From Myxococcota bacterium (GTDB lineage: Bacteria; Myxococcota_A; UBA796; UBA2385), in assembly GCA_044344255.1 (NCBI GenBank), contig JBIJDH010000004.1, positions 32,001 through 96,000 of the forward strand: 64,000 bases of DNA, given 5' to 3'. Below, in pieces: positions 18,891 through 28,881 of this stretch. Every line of letters begins with the position of its first letter. Within the stretch, counting starts at the first letter, position 1. The notes under the pieces were generated by a model. It searched no databases, was not told the DNA's origin, and saw nothing but the letters and a program-made list of their open reading frames with translations. A program made the position numbers and the translations under genes.

Positions 18891-20246
18891 ATGGTCGCTT
18901 CTGCCACTCGGGTCGATGGAATCGTCTCCGGGATCGACACCACCGCCCTCATCGACGCGATCGTCAAGGCATCCAGCGCGCAGAAGACGCTCGTCTCCAA
19001 GCGGGTCGATGTCTACCAGGACAAGTCCGACAAGCTCACTGAGGTCATGAGCAAGCTCGGCGACGTCCAGGACGCCTTGGAGGACATGCAGTTCTCCACC
19101 GGGTTTCTCTCGTACAAGGCCACCTATGCGGAGAACTCCGCGGTGGATGTCACGGCCGGCGCTGGCTCGGTGACGGGCACCTACGAGATCGAGGTCCAGG
19201 CGCTCGCCAAGGCCGAGGTCAACAAGAGCCAGGGCTTCGCCTCGAAGACGGACACCGGCGTGCTCTCCACGGGGACAATGGACGTCACCTACAACGGCAC
19301 GACGACCACCCTGACCCTCGACGGTTCGACCACGCTGAGCTCGCTGGCGAACGATCTCAACGAGATCGACGGCATCTCCGCCTATGTGTCCGACACCGGT
19401 GACGCCACCAACCCCTATGTGCTCGTGGTGAAGGGTTCGAACACGGGCGCTGACTACGGCATCACGCTCGACACCTCGCTGTTGTCGGGGGGCACCACCC
19501 CGACCTTCACCGAGACGACCACCGCCCAAGACGCCGAGATGACGATCGACGGCAACACGGTCACCTCGGCCTCCAACGACGTCACCGACGCCATCCCGGG
19601 GGTCACCTTCACGCTCAAGGATGAGTCGACCAGCGCGCTCACGGTCACCGTCGCGACGGACACCGACGGGATCGAAGAGAAGATCAACGCCTTCGTGGAC
19701 GCCTACAACGCGGCCATTGACTACATCCGCGAGAACCTCGACTACGACGCCGACAAGGGGATCAAGGATGCCTTCGTCGGCGAGTCGGTGATCCGCAGCG
19801 TCACCCGCGGGATGCTCTCTGAGATCGGCAAGGCGTTCACGGCGCTCGGCCAGGACTACGACTCTGTGGGCCTCGTCGGCATCAACTCGGACGGCCTCGG
19901 AAAGCTGACCTTCGACACCACCGCCTTTGAGGAGGCCTTCGCCGCGGAGCCCGATCAGGTCACCGACCTCTTCACGAGCCCGGATGGTTTCGTAAACTCG
20001 ATGCTCGACCGGCTCGACCTCTACCTCGACACCACCGATGGTAGCCTCCAGGCCCGCCAGGACACCATCGAGGCGCGCATCGAGGACATGAACGAACAGA
20101 TCGATGCCTATACTCTCCGGCAGGACAAGCTTGAGATCCGACTCCGGAAGCAGTTTGACTCCATGGAGGCGATCCTGGGGACCTTGCAGTCCACCTCGAG
20201 CTACGTCTCGACCCTGCTCGCCTCCCTGACCAACACCTCCTCCTGA
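18891..20246 (+). CDS. fliD: Filament cap FliD
   Basis: GIVSGIDTTALIDAI, AQDA...SASN.VTDAIPGVT, FVDAYN, LRKQFDSME. Confidence 0.95.
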   Translation: MVASATRVDGIVSGIDTTALIDAIVKASSAQKTLVSKRVDVYQDKSDKLTEVMSKLGDVQDALEDMQFSTGFLSYKATYAENSAVDVTAGAGSVTGTYEIEVQALAKAEVNKSQGFASKTDTGVLSTGTMDVTYNGTTTTLTLDGSTTLSSLANDLNEIDGISAYVSDTGDATNPYVLVVKGSNTGADYGITLDTSLLSGGTTPTFTETTTAQDAEMTIDGNTVTSASNDVTDAIPGVTFTLKDESTSALTVTVATDTDGIEEKINAFVDAYNAAIDYIRENLDYDADKGIKDAFVGESVIRSVTRGMLSEIGKAFTALGQDYDSVGLVGINSDGLGKLTFDTTAFEEAFAAEPDQVTDLFTSPDGFVNSMLDRLDLYLDTTDGSLQARQDTIEARIEDMNEQIDAYTLRQDKLEIRLRKQFDSMEAILGTLQSTSSYVSTLLASLTNTSS

Positions 20247-20272
20247 CCCCACTCCTGATACAGGGACACCGC

Positions 20273-20641
20273 GTGTACGGCATCAACGAGTACAAGAACG
20301 TCGGCTTGAATTCGGCCTCCAATCGGGAGCTCGTGGTCCTGCTCTTCGAGGCAGCGGAGCGCCACCAGCGGTCGGCGATCGAGGCGTTGGACGAGGGGCG
20401 CCTCATCGACGGTCGAGAGAAGCTGCGGCTCACGCGCGAGATCTTCGGCGAGCTGCTCGCCGCCTTGGACCACGAGGTGGCGCCGGAGATGTCGGCCAAC
20501 CTCGCCCGCCTCTACTTGTGGATCATCTCTCGGCTCGCGCGCGGCGGATTTGAGAACAAGTCGACCGCGATCCATGAGTCCCTCCGGGTCACCACGACGA
20601 TGCGGGAGACTTGGGTGGAGGCCTTTCGGAGTGCCACCTGA
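20273..20641 (+). CDS. fliS: Flagellin chaperone FliS
   Basis: Y..ASNRELVVLLFE, ELLAALD..ANLARLY, ETW. Confidence 0.9.
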   Translation: MYGINEYKNVGLNSASNRELVVLLFEAAERHQRSAIEALDEGRLIDGREKLRLTREIFGELLAALDHEVAPEMSANLARLYLWIISRLARGGFENKSTAIHESLRVTTTMRETWVEAFRSAT

Positions 20642-20942
20642 AGCGCTTGGGGTGGCTGTCCGGCTCCGATCTCTTCGGGAGGACCTTGAGCGAGGGGACA
20701 CCGTCCCGGAAGGCGCGCTGGGGCAGCTGCTCCTTGAGGTGAACGCTGGCGGCCATCGATTGACCCCGGCGGAGCTGGAGGCGGTGCGGGTGGAGCTGGA
20801 CCGGCTCACTGATCTGGTCCAGGAGATCGAGGGGGCGTTGACCGAGGAGCTGGCGCAGCTCTCGCAGCGGCGGAAGAGCATCCAAGGTTACAATCAGCTC
20901 CGGCCGATCAAAGACCGCCAGCGGCTTTCGCGGCGAGCGTAG
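20631..20942 (+). CDS. Small helical protein, FliT-like candidate
   Basis: Overlaps the fliS stop. About 103 aa coiled coil with a C-terminal GY motif, in the usual fliT position. Confidence 0.5.
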   Translation: MPPEALGVAVRLRSLREDLERGDTVPEGALGQLLLEVNAGGHRLTPAELEAVRVELDRLTDLVQEIEGALTEELAQLSQRRKSIQGYNQLRPIKDRQRLSRRA

Positions 20943-21060
20943 ACGTTCGGGTGTCGCATAGCGAGGGGCCCGTCCCCCCGCGGTGGGTTAGCGTGGCCTC
21001 AAACGTGGTTAGCTGTTGAACGTCGCTCTGCGCTGGCCGAGCGGGGTGAGTGGAGCCTCG

Positions 21061-21729
21061 ATGGGGTTGAGTCTTCCCCGCTTCATCCTTGGTGTGTGTG
21101 GCGCTTTGTGCGGCCTGCTCGGCCCACCTGCCCGCGCGGCTGACTCCTACCGTGAGCCTCCGCACAGCCCGGCCGAGGCGGCGGCCCCCGACCGGGTGGA
21201 TCTCGCCATCGGCTTCATGGGTATGGGCGAGGTCTGGCAAGACGAAGCGATCATCGACCATTATCGGTCGAGCCGCTTCTCGGGCTCCGGCTTTGCGACG
21301 GTGGGGCTGTTCCCCTGGTTCGCGGTGGAGACGGAGGTTGGCTACATGCGCATGAGCAGCGACTCCGGGCGCAGCGGCGTGGCGCCTGGCTCGATGGAGG
21401 TCGTTCCCATCACCGTCTCCGGGCTGGTCCGCTCGAGCGGGCGGCGCGCAGAGGCCTTCGGTGGGGTTGGCTACGCGATGACGGTCTTCGCCGAGCGGAC
21501 CGACGTGGGAACAGTCGCGGGGATCAAGCCGGGCTTTGATGTCCGATCCGGTGTGCGCATCCACACCAACATGGTGCAGCCGACCATGGCCCCCAACGGC
21601 TCGCCCGGCCTCCGCGGGCTGGACGTCGAGCTCCTCCTCGGTCGCCGTCAGCACCACGCCTTCGGGGTAGGACAGGGGCTCGACTTCTCGGCCTGGCGGG
21701 CGGGTGTCGGTCTGGTAGCCCGGCTTTGA
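21061..21729 (+). CDS. Exported outer-membrane beta-barrel-like protein
   Basis: Signal peptide ending ARA-A. Alternating beta-strand patterns (AVETEVGYM, AFGGVGYAM, WRAGVGLVARL). Confidence 0.6.
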   Translation: MGLSLPRFILGVCGALCGLLGPPARAADSYREPPHSPAEAAAPDRVDLAIGFMGMGEVWQDEAIIDHYRSSRFSGSGFATVGLFPWFAVETEVGYMRMSSDSGRSGVAPGSMEVVPITVSGLVRSSGRRAEAFGGVGYAMTVFAERTDVGTVAGIKPGFDVRSGVRIHTNMVQPTMAPNGSPGLRGLDVELLLGRRQHHAFGVGQGLDFSAWRAGVGLVARL

Positions 21730-21766
21730 GCCGGATGGTCCTTCGCGCCGTAGACAGGAGTGTGGT

Positions 21767-23980
21767 GTGAGATCGCCGAGCGCCTTCAGGGTTGGACTGC
21801 TGTGCTGCTGCGCGCTGTGGCTATCGTTGTCGGTGTCCGATACCGCAGAGGGCGCGGGGCCCGTCCGTGCGTTGAAGGTGCAGGTGGGCCAGCGGAGCTC
21901 GATTGAGTCGATGCCCCGCGTGCGGCCCGATCTGGTGGAGCTGGTGGTCCGCGGCGCGGAGCTTGAGCTCGACTCCGTGCTGTCGGTCCCCGCCGAGCGG
22001 GGCATCCGGGACATCCGGGTCAGCCACATGGGTGGCTCGGTCTGGTTCATCCGCATCTTCCTCGCCGAGATCGACCACGACGTAGATGCTCGTGTTGACG
22101 AAGGCGTGCTGTACGTAGACGTGGTCCCTCGGAAGGTCCCACACCTCACGCCGCGGATCGCGGCGCCCAGCGTGTCGGACGTTGTCGCGGGTCGCGCGCC
22201 TCGGAGCGGCGTCCGGGGCCGGCCTCCTCCGCTCAGCTTCCTCACCGGAGACGCGATGGCCGGTGGGTTGGTCCCCCTCCGCTACCGTCCTGCCTTGGCT
22301 CCAAGCCCGACCTGGCTCCCGCGGTCGACATGGGACGCGGTCGATCGGGCCCGCTCGGCCCTCCTCACGGCCGCCACTCCAGCTGCCGCCGATCAAGCGC
22401 GGTACCGGCTCGGGATGCATTACCTCGAGCTCGGTCTCGGGCGGGAGGCTCACTACTACTTCTCGGGGATCACGCCCGAAGGTGGCTCTGTCTCGGAGGC
22501 TGATCTGCGAATGGGCGCCGCACGGGCGGCCCTCGCCACCGGCCGCTGGACGGAGGCCAGGGAGGGGTTCAGACGGGCCTTCGAGCTGGGTGGAGATGAG
22601 GCCACCGTAATCGAGGGCCTGGCAGTGGTGAGCCTCGCCACCGCAGACCCGCCGCGGGCGTCGACGGGCCGTGCCCTGGCGGCCGTCACCGGACACCCCG
22701 CGGGCCTCGTGCTCGCCGCGGAGCTGCTACAGCGAGACGGCTACATCGCGGAGAGTCGGCCGCTGCTCGAGCTCGTCGGCGATCGGCTCTCTGGCGATGA
22801 CGCCCAGCGCGCCGCCCTCCGCCTGGGGGATGCCCGCTTCGCCGATGGCAGCCTCGCCGAGGCGCGGATGGCGTGGAAGCAGGCAGAGCTCTCGATCGGC
22901 GATGTGCGTGATCAGCTCGCCGACATCGTCGGGGGGCACCCGTCGACCTGGGCGGCTGCGATCCCCTCGCTGATCGCCGCGAGCGTTCCACGGGATGACT
23001 CCGGGGCCGAGGCGCTGTTTCTGCTCTCCCAGATCGACCTTCTCGTGGGAAGCCGCGAAGACGCGATCATCGAGCTCGCGAGCGTGATCCGGCGCTTCCC
23101 TCGTAAGGTAGAGCGCTCGGACATCCTTGAACGTTTTTGGTCGATCTACTCGGAGCACGTTCAGGATCTCGCTGACCGGGAAGAGTGGTTCGACATCGCG
23201 GCCCTCCACGAGTCGGTCTGGGATCGGTCGGTCCGACGGGCGGTCAACAGCCCGGCTGTGCTCGTCAATGTCTCGCGAGCCTACGAGCGCGTGGGCCTGC
23301 CGGAGCGTGGCGCCGCCGTCCTTCGAGACGCGCTCGCGGTCTCGATCGCTCGCGGCGTGCGGGACCCGGAGCTGGTCTTCCACCTCGCCGAGCTGTACGC
23401 CGACCTTGGCGCGTGGCGGGAGGGGATGGAGACGCTGAAGTTCTTGCGCCAAGCCAAGTTTGCGCCGGAGGAGATGGCGGGCCGCCTGGAGCTGTTGGAG
23501 GCCCGGCTCGCCCTGGGGGGGGGTGATCTGGCGGGCGCGGCGGCGGCCCTCGGTCGGGCGACGAAGGACCCGCTCTCCGCCGAGGCGGCGACCTTGGAGC
23601 TCGCCTTGCTCGACGCCGAGGGCGGGCGGTGCGAGGTGGCGCGGGCCCCCTTGGAGGCCCTGCTGTTGGCCCCCGGTGGTGAGGATCGCTTTCCGCTACC
23701 CCGTCCATGGTTGGCCTTGGCCCGGTGCGCGAGCGCCCGTGGAGACCGAGAGGTGGCCGCGAAGGCGGCTGCGGTCGCCGCGGGAAAGACGACGTCAGAC
23801 GCCGAGCAGCGGTACGCGTCCTGGATGGCTGCCGACGCCGGAGGCTGGAAGGATCCGGTCGCCGTCGACCAGCTGGCCAAGGGCGACGATGTCTGGTCGC
23901 GCTTCGCTCAGGAGCAGAAGGACGCATCGGCCTTTGCAGACGAGCTCACCTTGATGCGGGCCGAGCCGTCGTACCCCTGA
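21767..23980 (+). CDS. Exported TPR-repeat protein (N-terminal beta domain plus TPR solenoid)
   Basis: Signal peptide and TPR-like helices (ARYRLGMHYLELGLGREAHYYF, ALRLGDARFADG, VFHLAELYADLG). Confidence 0.7.
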   Translation: MRSPSAFRVGLLCCCALWLSLSVSDTAEGAGPVRALKVQVGQRSSIESMPRVRPDLVELVVRGAELELDSVLSVPAERGIRDIRVSHMGGSVWFIRIFLAEIDHDVDARVDEGVLYVDVVPRKVPHLTPRIAAPSVSDVVAGRAPRSGVRGRPPPLSFLTGDAMAGGLVPLRYRPALAPSPTWLPRSTWDAVDRARSALLTAATPAAADQARYRLGMHYLELGLGREAHYYFSGITPEGGSVSEADLRMGAARAALATGRWTEAREGFRRAFELGGDEATVIEGLAVVSLATADPPRASTGRALAAVTGHPAGLVLAAELLQRDGYIAESRPLLELVGDRLSGDDAQRAALRLGDARFADGSLAEARMAWKQAELSIGDVRDQLADIVGGHPSTWAAAIPSLIAASVPRDDSGAEALFLLSQIDLLVGSREDAIIELASVIRRFPRKVERSDILERFWSIYSEHVQDLADREEWFDIAALHESVWDRSVRRAVNSPAVLVNVSRAYERVGLPERGAAVLRDALAVSIARGVRDPELVFHLAELYADLGAWREGMETLKFLRQAKFAPEEMAGRLELLEARLALGGGDLAGAAAALGRATKDPLSAEAATLELALLDAEGGRCEVARAPLEALLLAPGGEDRFPLPRPWLALARCASARGDREVAAKAAAVAAGKTTSDAEQRYASWMAADAGGWKDPVAVDQLAKGDDVWSRFAQEQKDASAFADELTLMRAEPSYP

Positions 23981-24094
23981 TCGGGCGCGAAGCGCGACTT
24001 GAATGCATGTGGAGATGTCGCCCCAGGCTCTCCTCCGGGCGACCCGCCTGCGTTGAACTGTCGCCACATTTGTGTGCCGGTGAGGGGTGGAGGC

Positions 24095-24123
24095 TCGCAA
24101 CTGCGGCTCACAGGAGGTAGACT
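24095..24123 (+). promoter_or_regulatory. Possible sigma70-type promoter for flgB operon
   Basis: TCGCAA-N17-TAGACT. Confidence 0.4.
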
Positions 24124-24170
24124 GGTCCGCTCCCAGGCGCGATCGCGGCGCTCGGGATCAAGGGTGGTGC

Positions 24171-24581
24171 TTGAGCTCCTTCCTCTTTGACAGGCTGCAC
24201 GTGGGCGTGGGGCAGGTGCTAGACCTTCGCTCTGCGCAAAACGCGTTCTCAGCCTCAAATCTAGCGAATGCGTACACGCCTGGCTTTCGGGCTCAGTACC
24301 TGCGTTTTGACCACATCTTGGCCGCGGCCGTGGGGCGGGAGGATGAGCTGGGGATGTCGAGGACCGACCCTCGGCATGTCGGCGGGCCGGACGAAGACCC
24401 CGGGCTGCTCCCCATCGAGACCGTCGAGCCCGCCCCCTGGGTCCTCGACGGCAACTCGGTGAACCCCGAGCAAGAGCAGGTGCGCTTGACCGAGAACGCG
24501 CTGCTGTATGATGCGGTCGCGGCCGGGCTCAGCCGGCGTATTAGTCTCCTTCGTTACGCCGCGTCTGACGGCCGGCACTGA
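24171..24581 (+). CDS. flgB: Rod protein FlgB
   Basis: LDLRS..ASNLANAYTPGF and LDGNSVNPEQE. TTG start inferred. Confidence 0.92.
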   Translation: MSSFLFDRLHVGVGQVLDLRSAQNAFSASNLANAYTPGFRAQYLRFDHILAAAVGREDELGMSRTDPRHVGGPDEDPGLLPIETVEPAPWVLDGNSVNPEQEQVRLTENALLYDAVAAGLSRRISLLRYAASDGRH

Positions 24582-24592
24582 GAGGCGCTCGG

Positions 24593-25015
24593 ATGGGGCT
24601 CATCAACACCTTCGGCATCTCCGCCAGCGGGCTCGTCGCCCAGCGGGTCCGCCTCCAGACGGTCGCCAGCAACATGGCGAACGCCCGGACCACGCGCACC
24701 CCCGAGGGGGGGCCGTACGTGCGGCAGCTCCCAGTGCTTCAAGCGGTGAGCAACGACTTCGGCTCTGAGCTCGATCGAGAGCTGTCCCGGGTGGAGGTGG
24801 CCGACGTCGTAGACTCCACCGAGCCCTTCGTGCTGGTCTACGAGCCGGGGCACCCCGACGCCGATGCGTCGGGCTACGTCCGCTTTCCCAACGTCGACGT
24901 GCTGAAGGAGATGGTTGATCTGATGACCACTTCACGGACCTATGAGGCCAACACCAACGTGGTGGACGTCACGAAGCGGCTGGCGATGGCAGCCATCGAC
25001 ATCGGGAGGGGATGA
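24593..25015 (+). CDS. flgC: Rod protein FlgC
   Basis: ISASGLVAQRVRL..SNMANA, YEPGHPDAD..GYV.FPNV, RTYEAN. Confidence 0.96.
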   Translation: MGLINTFGISASGLVAQRVRLQTVASNMANARTTRTPEGGPYVRQLPVLQAVSNDFGSELDRELSRVEVADVVDSTEPFVLVYEPGHPDADASGYVRFPNVDVLKEMVDLMTTSRTYEANTNVVDVTKRLAMAAIDIGRG

Positions 25016-25317
25016 TGTCTCCAATCCAGGGCGTCAGCCCTATCGTTTCTCCGTTCGCTGTCGGGAGCCCCCTCGCAGTGGAGCGCGGCGCCCGCGGGGC
25101 CAGCTTCGCAGTCCAGCTCGAGTCGGCGGTGGACACGGTCTCGTTGAAGGCCAACGCGGCTGACGATGCCGTCGCGGCCTTGGCCGCGGGGGAAGACGTC
25201 GACATTCACACGTCGATGATCGCCCTCTCGGAGGCCGAGGTCACCTTGAAGATGATGGTGGCCGTCCGTGACCGTGCCGTCGAGGCCTACCAGCATATCA
25301 TGAACATGCAGATATGA
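25012..25317 (+). CDS. fliE: FliE
   Basis: DIHTSMIA..VAVRDRAVEAYQHIMNMQI. Confidence 0.95.
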   Translation: MMSPIQGVSPIVSPFAVGSPLAVERGARGASFAVQLESAVDTVSLKANAADDAVAALAAGEDVDIHTSMIALSEAEVTLKMMVAVRDRAVEAYQHIMNMQI

Positions 25318-25462
25318 CCGGGCGGGATGGGGGCGCGGGGGTGTCGTTCGATGGACCCTGCGCTGCGTGCTGTCGGTGACAGATTGATGGTGTAGGCTCT
25401 CTTTTTGTCCGTCTCGGTCGTTGTTAGGGTCTCGTCATCCGCGTATTTTGAGGCTGCTCGTC

Positions 25463-27112
25463 TTGGCCAGCGCGATTGAACAGTTTCGTGCGTACTACGC
25501 CGGTTTGCAGCCCGGCCAACGCGGCGTCTTGCTCGGCGCAGCGCTGCTCTCCATTGCCTCGCTGGTCGGCGTGGGGTGGTGGAGCTGGGGAGACCGGTAC
25601 GAGGTCGTTTATTCGGCGAACGATCCCCTCGACGTCCAAGAGGTGGTGTCGGCCCTCGAGACCCAGAACATCCCCTTCCGGATCGTCGAGAGCGGGCGCG
25701 CCATCGAGGTCCTCCCCGAGGATCTGGGCCGCGCGCGCATCGCCGGTGCCGCCGCGGGGAAGGTTCTGGGCTTCGAGGTGCTCGACAGCATCGAGCTCGG
25801 CAGCTCGCCCCAGCGGGAGCGGTGGGCCTTCCAGCGGGCGCTCCAAGGTGAGCTGGTGCGCACCATCAGCGCCCTGGATCAGGTGGAGTGGGCCAGGGTC
25901 CACCTCGCGCTCCCCGATCGCACCGCCTTCCTCCGGGATGAGACGCCCCCTTCGGCGAGCATCACGGTCAAGCTGCGACCGGGCGCGGTGCTCAGCGCCG
26001 CGGAGGTCCGCGGGATCACGGCCCTGGTCTCGGGCGCCGTCGATGGGCTGCACTCCAATGATGTCGTCCTGGTCAACCAAGACGGGGCCCTCCTGTCGGG
26101 CGGTGACGAGGAGGCCGCGGAGGCGGCGCTCGGCGGCGGTCCGGCCCTTATGGGCCTGCGCACCACCGAGGAGAAGCGCACACGGAACGCGATCCGGGAC
26201 GCCCTCACCCGCGTCCTCGGCTCGCCGGACGACATCACGGTCGGAGTCACGGTCGATGTCGCCGCCTCTTCGATCGACCAGTTCACGCGCAGCAAGGATC
26301 CAGACAGCCAGGTGCTGATCTCGGAGACGATCCGGGAGCAGTCGGGTGAGTCGGTCAAGCCGGGCGGGATCCCAGGCACCGCGAGCAACCTCCCCGAGCA
26401 GGGCGGCTCCTCGGCGGCCACCTCGAAGGAGTCGCTGCAGGAGCAGCGGTCGAACTTCGACTACACCACGGTCGAGACCCGCGAGCAGTCCTCAGCCGGC
26501 GCCGTGAAGCGGCTCAGCATCGGCGTCTTCGTCAATTCAGACCGCATCGTCGCCCTCGCCACCGCCGTCGCCACCGCGGCGAACGCGGGCAAGGCGCCGG
26601 ACGCCGCCGCGATCCAGGCCCAGATCGACGCGATTCAGAAGCAGGTCGAGGACACCGTGCGCGTCGCGGCTGGCTACAACAAGGAGCGCGGCGACAGCGT
26701 TCAGGTCAGCTTCGTCCCCTTCTCGGCCACCGCCGACGTCGGCTCGACGCCCTCCGAGGAGCCCGCCGCGCTGGTGGCGCTCGAGCGCTACCTGCCCTAC
26801 CTCATCGTCCTCGTCGCCATGGCGCTCCTGTTCTGGTTCGTGATTCGGCCCCTCGTGGGCGCCGTGACGCGGGCTTCGGGCGGCGGCGGCCTCCAAGCCT
26901 TGGAGGCGGGGGCGATCGGCCTCGATGGACGACGGATCCTGGACGGCCCAGGCGCCGCCCGCACCGACGCGGCGGGGCGCAACCTCACGGAGCGCCTCCG
27001 CGCCATGGTAGACAACTTCGAGACGGTGGACGCTGCCGATCTCAACCGTCTGGTCGATCTGGAGCAGGAAGCCACCGCTCAAGTCCTCCGGCGGTGGATC
27101 CGCGAGAGCTGA
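25463..27112 (+). CDS. fliF: MS-ring protein FliF
   Basis: GFEVLD, RALQGELVRTI, ARVHLALP, PSAS, GGIPGTASN, two TM segments and terminal VLRRWI. Confidence 0.95.
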   Translation: MASAIEQFRAYYAGLQPGQRGVLLGAALLSIASLVGVGWWSWGDRYEVVYSANDPLDVQEVVSALETQNIPFRIVESGRAIEVLPEDLGRARIAGAAAGKVLGFEVLDSIELGSSPQRERWAFQRALQGELVRTISALDQVEWARVHLALPDRTAFLRDETPPSASITVKLRPGAVLSAAEVRGITALVSGAVDGLHSNDVVLVNQDGALLSGGDEEAAEAALGGGPALMGLRTTEEKRTRNAIRDALTRVLGSPDDITVGVTVDVAASSIDQFTRSKDPDSQVLISETIREQSGESVKPGGIPGTASNLPEQGGSSAATSKESLQEQRSNFDYTTVETREQSSAGAVKRLSIGVFVNSDRIVALATAVATAANAGKAPDAAAIQAQIDAIQKQVEDTVRVAAGYNKERGDSVQVSFVPFSATADVGSTPSEEPAALVALERYLPYLIVLVAMALLFWFVIRPLVGAVTRASGGGGLQALEAGAIGLDGRRILDGPGAARTDAAGRNLTERLRAMVDNFETVDAADLNRLVDLEQEATAQVLRRWIRES

Positions 27113-27124
27113 GGATTACGGTCG

Positions 27125-28141
27125 ATGGCGCAGGCGAACAATCAGGAGACCCAGCTCAGCGGCGCGGAGCGCGCGGCGATCCTCGTGATGTACCTCGACC
27201 GCGAGATCGCGAAGGGGCTGCTGCGCTCGCTCGATGACGAGGAGGTCCGCTCGGTCGGGCTCGCGATGGGGCGGATTGAGTCGGTGGAGCCGGCGCTGAT
27301 CGAGCGGGTCATCGGCGAGTTCGTCAAGGATCTCCACGAGGTCAGCGTCATGCCGAAGTCCGGCGCAGACTTCGTGGCCCAGGTGCTGCCTGAGCTGCTC
27401 GACGACGAACGGAAGCGCGACCTCATCCCGATGATCCACCGTCGCACCAACCGCGACTTCGAGCAGTTCATCACAGCCCGGCAGCCCTCCAGCGTAGCGG
27501 CGCTGCTGAAGGATGAGCTGCCCCAGACCCAGGCGGTGGCGCTCTGCCTGATGGGCCCCGACAACGCGGCCCGGGTCCTGAAATTCCTCCCCGAGGAGGA
27601 CCGCAATAAGATCACCGTGCGGATGGCGCGGCTGAAGCGCATCCCCGGCGAGCTGGCCGACGACGTGATCGCGGCCCTGCGGGCGGCCCTCGGCAAGCAA
27701 GCCGACCACCTCGACGTGGGCGGCGTCGATCGCACAGCCCGGATCCTCGGCAAGATGACCCGGGTGGAGAAGGGCAAGATCCTCGAGGGGGTCTCCGAGC
27801 GGGAGCCCGATCTCGCCGACGCCCTCCGCCGCCGGATGATCGTCTTCGAGGATCTCTCCCAGCTCACGAACATGGCCATCCAGGTCGTGCTCAAGAACGT
27901 CGATCGCGACGACCTCGTCGCCGCGCTGAAGGGCGCCAAGCCCGAGATGCAGGACTTCTTCCTCGCTGCCGTGTCGAGCCGCGCCGCCCAGGACATCCGC
28001 GAGGAGATGGAGCTGCCGCTCCCCGTGGCCAAGTCTCGCGTACGCACCGCCCAGGAGCGCATCGTCGCGGCTGCGCTCAAGCTGGCCGAGGAGGGCGCCA
28101 TCTTCTTGCCGATGGGCGCCGATGACGATGAGCCTGAGTAG
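27125..28141 (+). CDS. fliG: Motor switch protein FliG
   Basis: LSGAERAAIL, ELPQT, GGV, MIVFEDL and the torque helix SSRAAQDIREEM. Confidence 0.95.
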   Translation: MAQANNQETQLSGAERAAILVMYLDREIAKGLLRSLDDEEVRSVGLAMGRIESVEPALIERVIGEFVKDLHEVSVMPKSGADFVAQVLPELLDDERKRDLIPMIHRRTNRDFEQFITARQPSSVAALLKDELPQTQAVALCLMGPDNAARVLKFLPEEDRNKITVRMARLKRIPGELADDVIAALRAALGKQADHLDVGGVDRTARILGKMTRVEKGKILEGVSEREPDLADALRRRMIVFEDLSQLTNMAIQVVLKNVDRDDLVAALKGAKPEMQDFFLAAVSSRAAQDIREEMELPLPVAKSRVRTAQERIVAAALKLAEEGAIFLPMGADDDEPE

Positions 28142-28167
28142 CCCGCTCCGCGAGGGGAGCTCAGCCC

Positions 28168-28881
28168 GTGGCTGATCCCTTCGTCCCCTTCCGGAAGCAC
28201 GCCGGCTTCACCTCGACGCCCATCCCTTCGGGCCCGGCGGTGGACGTGGTGGTGCCGATCCGCGCCGACACCCGGCTGGAGATCCGACCGCTCCCGCGTC
28301 ATGACAAGACCCCCGAGGTCACCGCCCCACCGCCGCCGCCGCCTGGCCCTACCAAGGAGGAGGTGGCCCGGATGGTCGCCGCTGCCGAGGAGAAGGCTCG
28401 GCGGGCCGCCCAGCTTGAGGTCGACCAGATCAAGCGGTCCGCCGCCGAAGATCGCGCGCGGCTCGCGCTGATCGGCGATCAGGTCGCCGGGCTCCAGCTG
28501 GCCCTCGCCACCGAGGCGCGCGCCGAGATGGGGGAGCTCCTGATCCGCGCGGTCGAGCGACTCGTCGGCTCCGTGCCCGAGCTCCTCGCTGCGATGGTGC
28601 GCACGCGCTGTGGAGAGGTGGCGCAGCAGCTCGTCAGCGCGCGGCAGGTCGTGGTTCGGGTCCACCCCGACGACGTCGCGCTCGCCCAGGAGGCGCTCGG
28701 CCGCCGGGACGGCTGGCGGGTGGAAGGCGATCCCACGATCCGAGGCGGCTGCGTGGCCGAGACGGACAACGGACTGGTGGACGCCAGCCTCGACGCCGCG
28801 ATGGAGGCCCTCACCCAATCCGTGCTCTCCTGGCAGGCCGAGGTCGGCGCGGAGCCTGCGCGGAGAGAGGGGGGCCCTTGA
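28168..28881 (+). CDS. fliH: FliH/SctL export ATPase regulator
   Basis: VRVHPDD..DPTIRGGCVAETDNGLVDASLD. Lies between fliG and fliI. Confidence 0.85.
   Translation: MADPFVPFRKHAGFTSTPIPSGPAVDVVVPIRADTRLEIRPLPRHDKTPEVTAPPPPPPGPTKEEVARMVAAAEEKARRAAQLEVDQIKRSAAEDRARLALIGDQVAGLQLALATEARAEMGELLIRAVERLVGSVPELLAAMVRTRCGEVAQQLVSARQVVVRVHPDDVALAQEALGRRDGWRVEGDPTIRGGCVAETDNGLVDASLDAAMEALTQSVLSWQAEVGAEPARREGGP

Noticed and set aside
23981..25420. Recurring TGTCG/TGTCA half-sites in flagellar intergenic regions as an activator box
   Set aside because: The sites are short, inconsistently spaced and expected by chance at this GC content.
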